Source: an archaeon
GTDB taxonomy: Archaea; Iainarchaeota; Iainarchaeia; Iainarchaeales; JAAZKV01
Length of the DNA stretch: 31,850 bases
NCBI GenBank assembly: GCA_036170245.1
Contig: JAVHOV010000029.1
Location: 1-31,850, forward strand
Direction: 5' to 3'
The translations under genes were made by a program, and so were the position numbers. Numbering within the stretch: position 1 is the first letter of the stretch; every line of letters starts with the position of its first letter. Positions 1 through 7,900 of this stretch are shown here, piece after piece. The notes beneath the pieces were generated by a model. The model saw only the letters and a list, made by a program, of their open reading frames with translations, had not been told where the DNA came from and did not search any database.

Positions 1-133
1 CAGTAATCTCCTGACTAGGAGAAGAAAAAACATTAGTCACCAAACCAACAACAACAAGAGAAATAACCACAACAACCGCAATAATCACAAGATACTCAAT
101 TGTACCTTGCGCAGAATTTTTACTAAAAACCAT
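1..133 (-). CDS. Class III signal peptide (archaeal pilin-like) protein, N-terminal part; runs off the left window edge
   Basis: Not in the ORF track. Manual translation from the ATG at 133 gives MVFSKNSAQGTIEYLVIIAVVVVISLVVVGLVTNVFSSPSQEIT. This has a short basic leader, A|Q cleavage site, Glu at +5 and a hydrophobic stretch, matching the archaeal prepilin (PibD/EppA substrate) pattern. Confidence 0.85.
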   Translation of the reverse strand, partial: MVFSKNSAQGTIEYLVIIAVVVVISLVVVGLVTNVFSSPSQEIT

Positions 134-154
134 AAAATAATAACAATTTTAATA

Positions 155-167
155 AATATAAACTTTC
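155..167 (-). promoter_or_regulatory. Putative BRE-TATA promoter of the pilin-like gene (likely leaderless)
   Basis: Minus strand reads GAAAG-TTTATATT, with the TATA-like box 22-29 nt upstream of the ATG at 133; no SD motif. The AT-rich background lowers certainty. Confidence 0.5.
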
Positions 168-255
168 TTGATTGAATTAATTTCAAATTCAAAGTACCCC
201 ACAAGATTTTTAAGGAACAAAATCCATTTATAATTAAATAAATTAAATGATTTTT

Positions 256-795
256 ATGCCTCGACCAGACAGATCAAGTCAGCAAATGCCACAAGGTTTT
301 TCTCAAACCCCTAATCAAAATTATAACCAGCCGCCGCAGCAAAATATTGGCAGGCAAGCCCCAATGCAGCAGCAGGCACCAATCCAAGGAACTCCTTTGC
401 AGGGAGGAGGAATTAGAGAAGATATTAGAGCATTAAATTCAAGTATTTTACTTGTAACTCAGAAAATGAAGTTTTTAGTTAGAAATGAAAAAATCTTAGG
501 AAGAAATTTAGTTGTATTAAATAAGAAAATAAAAAACATTGAAGATAAATTAGCTCTTGCTCCACAGGCACAAGCAGCCTCAGCTTCTGTATCAAGCGAA
601 GAAGTTGAGTCATTAAAACAAAAGGTTATTCTTCTTGAAGCCCAGATTGAAGATATGCGTTCAAGGACTGCCACTACTGAAGCATTGAAAGAATTAAAGT
701 ATGTTATTGATTCAATCAATCCTTTGGAATTTGCAACTCTAACCCAAGTTAGGGAACTGATTGATAAAAGACTAAAAGAAAAAGAAACTCAATAA
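256..795 (+). CDS. Hypothetical coiled-coil protein with Gln/Pro-rich disordered N-terminus
   Basis: ORF 247..795. The ATG at 256 is preferred because ATGAT upstream resembles the GTGAT SD motif. N-terminus is Q/P-rich (QQMPQ, QPPQQ, PMQQQAP), followed by heptad-rich helices and a C-terminal ELKYVIDSINPLEFATLTQVRELID segment. Confidence 0.8.
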   Translation: MPRPDRSSQQMPQGFSQTPNQNYNQPPQQNIGRQAPMQQQAPIQGTPLQGGGIREDIRALNSSILLVTQKMKFLVRNEKILGRNLVVLNKKIKNIEDKLALAPQAQAASASVSSEEVESLKQKVILLEAQIEDMRSRTATTEALKELKYVIDSINPLEFATLTQVRELIDKRLKEKETQ

Positions 796-825
796 AATAA
801 AGCACTAATTTTTATAAAAAAATAA

Positions 826-2307
826 TTATACTTTTGGCTGTCCGCTTAAGCTTGGGCGTAAATTTATTCTATAAGTTCTCTTTCCTTTTATCATAACTGC
901 AGTATCTTTACCAGAAACTATATTCATTTTTGAAGGAAGTATTTCATTTAATTCAGTAGGCAGTTCCCTTTCAGTTCCTAAAACTAGTCCCAAACCCCTG
1001 TTTGATGCTCGAAGAATTGCAGTTACAACTCTTTCTTTATTGCTTTCAATTAATGAGTCAATTTTAGGAATCACTACTGTGCAGTCAGAAGTATTATTTT
1101 CAGAGAATGCTTTTGTTATTTGCCTTAAGATAGTGTGAATGAAAATAATTTTTTCTTCATTAGAAAGAAATTTAGTATTAATTACTACTGCTCTGCCAAG
1201 TCTGCCTGGAATTGCCCTTACTAATTCCTCTGAAGGAACATTTTGTCCAAAAAGAGATTTCATTTCAGTATTCATTATCTGCATTATTCGCTCTGCTTTT
1301 AATTTTTCATAATCTGATAATTCTTTTGATTCACTTATTTTCTGCAATAATTCATCAATGGAATTCACTTGGGCAGTAAATGCAAAAAGGGAAAGATTCT
1401 TTTCAAATTCATTGTCTTTAACTCCAAAAAGTTCCAAAGCAAAAATCAAATCAACATCTTTTATTGAAATTGCTATGTTTTTCTTAGGAGTAAATTCTTT
1501 AACTGGAAAAGCCATTGGTTCAAATTCAACCAATTCTTCTTTTAGTTCACCTCGATTAGGAGAAGCTACGCTTAGTTGACTAAAATAATCATTATCATCA
1601 AATATAACTATAGGAACATTATCCAAAAGAAGATTTTCAGTTAAAATATATGAACAATAGTTCAAACTTAAAGATTGTCCTAAAATTTGAGTTCTCATTA
1701 TTACTGAAGTAGGTTCTTTCATTATTTCCATTGCTTTACTTAGTCCTAATTGAATAAGAGGAATTTTTTCTTCTTCAACAGGCATCTTTCCGCCAAGATC
1801 AATTTTAGATAAAGTATTTCCCTTCCCTCCGGAAGAAAGCATCTTTAGGATAAATGGATCCCCCAAAATTGCAGCATAGTCACTCTTTGCAACAGTGGAT
1901 AATTCTTTTAAGTCAACGCTCGATGCCCTTGCTAAGTCAACCATCATGCTTGAATTTTCTTCAACACGTTTTATTTCATTGTCAACTCTTCTTGAAAAGT
2001 CTTCATGCTTGAAATCAACGTAAAAGGGATCAAAAGAAAGAAAGAATATTTTTCCAGTTTTTTCGCCCAGATTTTTTTCTATTCCCAAGCATTGCTTTGG
2101 AAGAGTCTGGATAAATGATTCTATTTGCCCTTTTGCGTAAAATGCTTTATACCCTTCAATTACAGCCCCGTTCTTTTTTCCGCCAGTAGTATCATACACC
2201 ATTACTATATAAAAATTTTCAGGATTTGCTACTATTTCAACTTCATGTCCATAAGTAGTTCCCGAGAATATTACATCCCAAGGGCCGTAATCAAGCTTGA
2301 AATCCAT
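826..2307 (-). CDS. HerA/FtsK/VirB4-like P-loop fold protein with degenerate Walker motifs (probable pseudo-ATPase)
   Basis: ORF 826..2316; ATG at 2307 preferred over TTG. Motif order matches HerA-like ATPases: IQLG, then RTQILGQSLSLNY (Walker A position), ENLLLDNVPIVIFDDNDYFSQL, PVKEFTP, AVVINTKFL, TVVIPKIDSL (Walker B position) and RASNRGLGLVLGTE (cf. GRKxGhghhhATQ). Confidence 0.65.
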   Translation of the reverse strand: MDFKLDYGPWDVIFSGTTYGHEVEIVANPENFYIVMVYDTTGGKKNGAVIEGYKAFYAKGQIESFIQTLPKQCLGIEKNLGEKTGKIFFLSFDPFYVDFKHEDFSRRVDNEIKRVEENSSMMVDLARASSVDLKELSTVAKSDYAAILGDPFILKMLSSGGKGNTLSKIDLGGKMPVEEEKIPLIQLGLSKAMEIMKEPTSVIMRTQILGQSLSLNYCSYILTENLLLDNVPIVIFDDNDYFSQLSVASPNRGELKEELVEFEPMAFPVKEFTPKKNIAISIKDVDLIFALELFGVKDNEFEKNLSLFAFTAQVNSIDELLQKISESKELSDYEKLKAERIMQIMNTEMKSLFGQNVPSEELVRAIPGRLGRAVVINTKFLSNEEKIIFIHTILRQITKAFSENNTSDCTVVIPKIDSLIESNKERVVTAILRASNRGLGLVLGTERELPTELNEILPSKMNIVSGKDTAVMIKGKRTYRINLRPSLSGQPKV

Positions 2308-2457
2308 TTTTAACAATCCACTCGCTTTTCAAATTAAAAAACATTGATACTTTAGCACTAATAAAAGTGTTTTTGCCTATTTATTACTTTCCAAAAACTC
2401 CAAAAGTTATGTTTTTAAATTACAAAAACTTATTCTTGTTGTAAATTGTGATGAAAA

Positions 2458-2952
2458 ATGGTTAATGAACAAATAATGATTGATACAGTAAAGCGAATGA
2501 TTGATGCTGGAATCGATGACGCAACAATAATAAGCACTTTAACTGATGCGGGACTTTCAAATGAACAGTGCCTTGCAATTATTTCTAAGGTAAAAGAACC
2601 TGTCCCAAAAGAAGAAACCTTCGCTTCTGTTCAACCGGCTCAGGATGTTTCAGCTTTAAGAAATGTCATTGAAGCAACTGCAGATGCACAAGATTTACAC
2701 GCAGCAACTACTTCAACTGCTCTTGAAGATCATGAACAAAAAATCGCACAAGTAAATGAAAAGATTAATTCAATGAGTCAAGCAATTTCTTCTACTCAAA
2801 ATAAACCAGATGCAACCCTATCTTATAGATTGTCAACTTTAGAGCAAAAAGTTGAGGAAGTTAACTCAGCCTCAAAAGCTCAGCTTGATTTGATGCAAAA
2901 AATTCTTGAAACTAACAGAAAAATATTAACAGAGCTTGAAGCCAAGAAATAG
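2458..2952 (+). CDS. Hypothetical protein: small N-terminal helical domain plus C-terminal coiled coil
   Basis: 164 aa ORF with GTGAT SD upstream. N-terminal helical bundle (TVKRMIDAGIDDATIISTLTDAGLSNEQ) and heptads (LEDHEQKIAQVNEKINSM; LSTLEQKVEEVN...LMQKILETNRKIL). Confidence 0.8.
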   Translation: MVNEQIMIDTVKRMIDAGIDDATIISTLTDAGLSNEQCLAIISKVKEPVPKEETFASVQPAQDVSALRNVIEATADAQDLHAATTSTALEDHEQKIAQVNEKINSMSQAISSTQNKPDATLSYRLSTLEQKVEEVNSASKAQLDLMQKILETNRKILTELEAKK

Positions 2953-2985
2953 TAATTAAATTTTCTAATTTTAATTAGCAATAAA

Positions 2986-3330
2986 TTATTTCATTCCAAG
3001 TAACTCTTTTAATTCAGTAAAAAAGTTTTTTGCAAGTTGAGGAGTTTTGTGTAGTGCTCCTTTGTAATTGTATTCCGTATTTTCTGGAGGAGCCAAAAAA
3101 TCAGCTGTTTGTTTTGAAGCCCCTTTGACATAAGTTTCAAGTTTTGCTTCAGGACTGCTTCCTTCAGCTTTTTTTGCTTGATCCCATGCTTTTCTTGATT
3201 TGGCTTCAACATAGTTATACACAAGCACAATGAAGGACACAACAAAAATAATGAAAGCTAAAGCAGATAATCCGACAAATAAAAAAAGAATTGTAATAAT
3301 TAATCCTATAAAGAAAGTGCGATAATCCAT
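2986..3330 (-). CDS. Small membrane protein (N-terminal TM hairpin, C-terminal amphipathic helix)
   Basis: 114 aa with GGGTGAT SD upstream. About 35 hydrophobic N-terminal residues, then a soluble tail ending AKNFFTELKELLGMK. Confidence 0.8.
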   Translation of the reverse strand: MDYRTFFIGLIITILFLFVGLSALAFIIFVVSFIVLVYNYVEAKSRKAWDQAKKAEGSSPEAKLETYVKGASKQTADFLAPPENTEYNYKGALHKTPQLAKNFFTELKELLGMK

Positions 3331-3343
3331 TTAATCACCCACT

Positions 3344-3670
3344 TTACCCCATCATTCCCATTCCGCCTTCTCCGCCCATTCCGCCTAAAAGACCAGCATA
3401 AGGATCAGCAGGTGCTGCATCCTCTTTTCCAAGTCCCATTATATAAGCCAAAATTAATAAGCCGAATATTGCAAATATCCAATAATCTTTCATCCCTACT
3501 CCGTTTATGAAATAAAGTACCCCTACAGAAATTAATGTAAGTATGCTGGCTTTTATATCCTTAGAAGACAAAACAAGTATTAGTGTTGCCCCAAAAACAA
3601 TCCAGACTTCCCCAATCTGTATTGCAAACCCTATAAGGGTTATTGAAACTAAAAATGAAAGCAAATCCAT
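3344..3670 (-). CDS. Small multi-pass membrane protein with Gly/Met-rich C-terminal tail
   Basis: 108 aa with GGTGA SD. About 4 short hydrophobic segments; tail is DPYAGLLGGMGGEGGMGMMG. Confidence 0.8.
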   Translation of the reverse strand: MDLLSFLVSITLIGFAIQIGEVWIVFGATLILVLSSKDIKASILTLISVGVLYFINGVGMKDYWIFAIFGLLILAYIMGLGKEDAAPADPYAGLLGGMGGEGGMGMMG

Positions 3671-3714
3671 AAGTTATTCACCAAAAACAAACATACCTTG
3701 TATAATACCAAAAT

Positions 3715-3990
3715 TTACTTTGGCTTTGGCACTCTTTCCAATAAATCTTTACCAAAGATTGACCAAATATATAATATGAAAGGGACCCAAATAAGATCTG
3801 GAAATTGGTAAAATAAAAGAAATGTAATTAAAATTGCTAAAAGCAAACCTACTGTCGCCCCGATTTGTTTCTTCGCCCAGGCATACATCCACAGGAAGTA
3901 TATTATTAATAGAACCAAAGAAATTGTAAGACCTAAATCATTTCCACTTAGGGCTCCAAAAAAGTCAAATTCTAAAATCACACTAATCAC
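3715..3990 (-). CDS. Small membrane protein (~3 TM)
   Basis: 91 aa hydrophobic ORF with a GTG start (3990, or 3981). Contains LLIIYFLWMYAWAKKQIG and ATVGLLLAILITFLLF. Confidence 0.7.
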   Translation of the reverse strand: MISVILEFDFFGALSGNDLGLTISLVLLIIYFLWMYAWAKKQIGATVGLLLAILITFLLFYQFPDLIWVPFILYIWSIFGKDLLERVPKPK

Positions 3991-4082
3991 TTTTTCCTAA
4001 TTAATATTGTTTTTCGTTCTACTTAAACTTAATTGTTAACATTTAACCGTTTTAAACAATTCAATGCAATTGCAATAATTAA

Positions 4083-4430
4083 TTACATCTTTGGTTTTGT
4101 CAAATCAAGGATAGTCTTTGATCCCCATGTAATTATACTAAATACCCCGAAAGTAAATAAAGAAATTATTAGCCATCCGCTTGCTCCAATCCACCACCAT
4201 TTGATTACTAAAAAATATATTAGCACTCCTGAAACAATTAAAGTAAGTGTCCCGTTTCCCAAAAAACCCCTGACTGATTGGAATATCATGAAAACCAAAA
4301 ATATTTTTACAATAATATCAATTGGTTCAAAGGCGTACATTAAAACTGGCAATAGTATTACAACCCCAATCATTAGGCCTAGTGCAATGAAAATGAAATT
4401 TCCTTTTTCATCCAGATTCAAATCAAACAT
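4083..4430 (-). CDS. Small multi-pass membrane protein, paralog of 4458..4862
   Basis: 115 aa. Its core VKIFLVFMIFQSVRGFLGNGTLTLIVSGVLIY aligns by eye with LKIFVLMTIVSYVTQHLGKGPLAIIIVAVIAW in the neighbouring gene. Confidence 0.8.
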   Translation of the reverse strand: MFDLNLDEKGNFIFIALGLMIGVVILLPVLMYAFEPIDIIVKIFLVFMIFQSVRGFLGNGTLTLIVSGVLIYFLVIKWWWIGASGWLIISLFTFGVFSIITWGSKTILDLTKPKM

Positions 4431-4457
4431 ACCAAAAACCTTTTTTTATAATCAACA

Positions 4458-4862
4458 TTACATCCCTGCTCTTTGTCTCATTTCCATCATTTTTCTTTGT
4501 CTGTCTTTCATATCCATTCCATGAGGCTGATTCTCTGTTTCTCCACCTTTAGCCATATTCTGTTCCATCATAACTTGAGGTGCAAGTATAAAGAAATCCA
4601 TTAATATTTGAGTTGCTCCAAACAGTACTAACATGTACAAGACGTAAATACTTCCAAATATTGCAAAATTCGAAAAAATCATCCATGCAATCACTGCAAC
4701 AATTATTATTGCCAAAGGGCCTTTTCCCAAGTGCTGAGTTACATATGATACTATTGTCATTAGAACAAATATTTTCAAAACAAAAGTCATGTCGCCAAAC
4801 ATTTCTTCAAAGAATAATACAAAAGGTAAAATTGTACCGACTGCAGCCAATAGAGGAATCAT
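4458..4862 (-). CDS. Small multi-pass membrane protein with Met-rich charged C-terminal tail
   Basis: 134 aa with about 4 hydrophobic segments. Tail is QVMMEQNMAKGG...GMDMKDRQRKMMEMRQRAGM. ATGAT SD-like motif upstream and TTTTATAC TATA-like box at 4893-4900. Confidence 0.8.
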   Translation of the reverse strand: MIPLLAAVGTILPFVLFFEEMFGDMTFVLKIFVLMTIVSYVTQHLGKGPLAIIIVAVIAWMIFSNFAIFGSIYVLYMLVLFGATQILMDFFILAPQVMMEQNMAKGGETENQPHGMDMKDRQRKMMEMRQRAGM

Positions 4863-4990
4863 TGTTAATCATTAAGATTAGTGTTTTTTGTAGTATAAAA
4901 AGATTTGGAACGGTTTTTTTAAAAATGAAAAAAGCCCATTTTATAAAAAATATTTTTTCAGTTTAGAATTTAGTTTTTATTTTACAAATT

Positions 4991-7900
4991 TTAATTTACA
5001 GAACCAATTAGAGAAAGTTCTTTGTCACTCATGCTTGTTGTTGAACCACTTACAGTTTCTATTACTGCAGGGTTCCACCAAAAGCTTGTACTTGAACCAT
5101 CGCTTGATACACATACTTTTCCTTCTTTTACTGCATCAAACAAATTTTGTATTGAACTAATCTTTGAATTTCCTAATTGATCATTATAAGTCATTTCACT
5201 TATTCCGCCAAGCTGTATAGTTTTAGTGAATTCACTATTCGCACTCCAAAAGTTAGTGCTGTTATCTTCAGCGTTTAGTATGTAAGATGATGAATCAGCA
5301 GGAACAAAGAATAGTGTCTTAATTAGCATTGTTCCTTGTCTTGAAATATCATTAAACTCAAATCCGTATACATTGTCCCCTAATTTTGAAATTCTATAAT
5401 CTGGAGAATCTTGGTAAGAATCAATTGCATTTCCGCCGTAGAAGTTCTTTGATTTAGCTGCTCCAGTCCAGTAAGCTATGTTTCCTCCAGTAATAATTGC
5501 TTTCTTTTCAGTATTCAAACTATAAGCCATCTTTCCTTCGTTAGCTTCAATAGTTACTTTTCCAATTACTGGAGTTACAAATGTTGGAGCAAGTTTTAGT
5601 GTTGCAGTGTTATTTGACACACTTGCTGAAGCAATTTGTCCTCGTGTTCCAGGAGCAACATTTACTTCTTCGAAAGTTGACTTTGTTGTTGTTTCAACTG
5701 CAGTTACACCATTGCTCAAAGCTGAGTCAAATGTGTTTACAAAAAATCCGTCATTAGATATTTGTATTCCGCCAGCATCAGCATCAATGTTCTTGTAAGC
5801 CAAACCATACCCTTGTCTTCCATTGCTCTTATCCCCAAGCATTCCGTCAAATGGCATTCTGTAGAATGGCGAATCCACACTTGGTGATTTTACAAGGAGC
5901 AATTGGATTTCTATTCGAGTATTATTTTCGTCAATTACTCTAAATGCATCAGGAGATTTAATATTTACATAAACTTCGTATAGTCCTGGTTCAATTGCAT
6001 TGTCCCCAGTGAATCTCTTTGTTATCTTGAAGTTTTTGCTAGTCAAGTAGTCAACTATCTTACTTTGAGTAGCATTGATATTTACTTTTTGTAGGAATTG
6101 TTGTCTGTAGAATTCTTTGAAGTCACTAAAGAAGTCTTCTGTAAATGCATCTCTTGTCAAGTACACTGCAAAGTCAATATTATTGTACAATTCAGTACTA
6201 TCGCTAATTGCACCAGTATAACTTACACTTTGCTTTCCGTCAATATAGTAAATTAAATTTGGAACTCCCCCGGTTCTTTGTGTAGATTGTTCCACCCAGC
6301 AAGCTCCGTTTGAATCTTTATTTACAAATGCTCTTGAAATTGGGATTCTATCTCCTTTTTCTCCGTTAACAACCGCAGTGAAATAATAAATCCCATCATA
6401 CTTTTCCACATCAACCGGGCCTAAAGTTAGTGTTGTTTCTCCAATTGGTGCAGTGAATTCCTGCATTCCAGTTGATGGTTCACCTTCTCCTTTCCAAGAG
6501 TAGCTAATGTAAGTTAATTGGGAAACGCCAGAGAGATTCTTAATCTTTAATGCAGCAGTCGCTTGATTAGTATTAGGATTCAAAGCAATTTGAACATCAC
6601 TTATTCCAATAAATCCTTCTGTAATAGTATTGCTTTGTGAATTTACTTGATCAATTGAAGCTTGTATTTCATCTTGAACTGGACTAGGAGGGCAACCAAA
6701 TTGTCCACCATTTTGTGCTAGGAATTCATCAAGGTTTGCAAGCTTCTTAGTTAATGCAATCATGAATTGTGATCCGTCACAGTAAATGTAATTCGGATTT
6801 GTATAATCACATGCATCTGCTCCAATTGCATCCCAATCCCAACTTAGTTTTATTCTTGGTAAAGCATCTTCTCCAGTTGAACCAGTTAATGAACCCATGT
6901 AACATGAAGAGTATTTTCTAACATATGCATCCTCTCCCTTAGGGTCAGAACTTATAATTCTAATGTGGTACTTTTGACTGTAACTGCTTTCGCTTACTCC
7001 GCTGCATAGTCCTTCATCCGTTCCTGAGCCAATCCAGTAATTTCCAAAAGTATTCTTTTTACATAGTACATCATAACTTGCTGATGAACCGCTGCTTGTT
7101 CCGTTTGATACCGCCATTGGATCATAACCGTGTGTGTGCTTCTTTGAATTAACTACTAAAGTTCCATATTTAGGAAGTGGGTCATCAAGCCCGCTGTTAG
7201 TGAATCTGATTGCAACTGTTTCTGAACCAGAATAATAAGCATCAGTAAAATCCCACTCTGGTGTAATAGTGTCTAAAGAGAAAATCAAATCCCCAGCATC
7301 GCTTGGAATTTCTTGGTCTACATTAGTTCCGCTAGGAGAAGTAACATTAGTTGTTCCACCTTCAAGGTTAATTACAAAGTCAGTATAGCTTACAGTCTGA
7401 TCATTCTTTGGATCGTCACAAGGAACATCCTGAGTCATATATGCTAATAGTCCGCCGATTACTGCACCAGCTAAAGCAAACCATCCTTGTTCGTGCCCTG
7501 CCCAAATTGCAAAGTGTGCAGCTTCTGCTTTAGGGTCAGTTTCTTTTATAGGAGCTTGCTGCCACACCCCAGCTTTTGGAGCTGACCAAGTATTATCAGT
7601 AAATGGATTAACATAGTTAGCTACTTGTCCAACCCAAATAGAACTTACCCAAGCACCAGTAGTACTTTGGTAGGACGCCATTTGGTTTGTTACAGAATTC
7701 ATGCTGCTCCCAGTAAAACTTTGACCTGTAGCATTATCATAAAGAGTATATTGTGTTGCAGAAGAAGCTACATTACCAGTAACTGAATTACTAATATCTG
7801 TTTTCATAACAGTATAATCTCTTCCATCAACAGAGAAATCACCTGAATAAGTTCTAGTTGTAACTCCATTTTCAATATTGTATACTCCTCCACCTTCAGT

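Noticed and set aside
826..2307. Calling this gene herA or a pseudogene
   Set aside because: Catalytic motifs are missing and no nurA/mre11/rad50 context is present, so herA is unsupported. The ORF has no stop or frameshift, so it is not a pseudogene.
3344..3400. GGM tail as evidence for a chaperonin (GroEL/thermosome) fragment
   Set aside because: The rest of the protein is a short hydrophobic membrane protein with no chaperonin motifs.
4065..4074. Palindrome TGCAATTGCA in the 3991-4082 intergenic region
   Set aside because: Short and AT-rich; GCAATTGC-like words are common throughout this sequence.
459..4966. Short overlapping ORFs 459..719, 1358..1579, 2125..2313, 3009..3245, 3543..3779, 4033..4524 and 4613..4966
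   Set aside because: They overlap better-supported genes that have SD motifs and coherent TM or coiled-coil patterns, and show no recognisable features.
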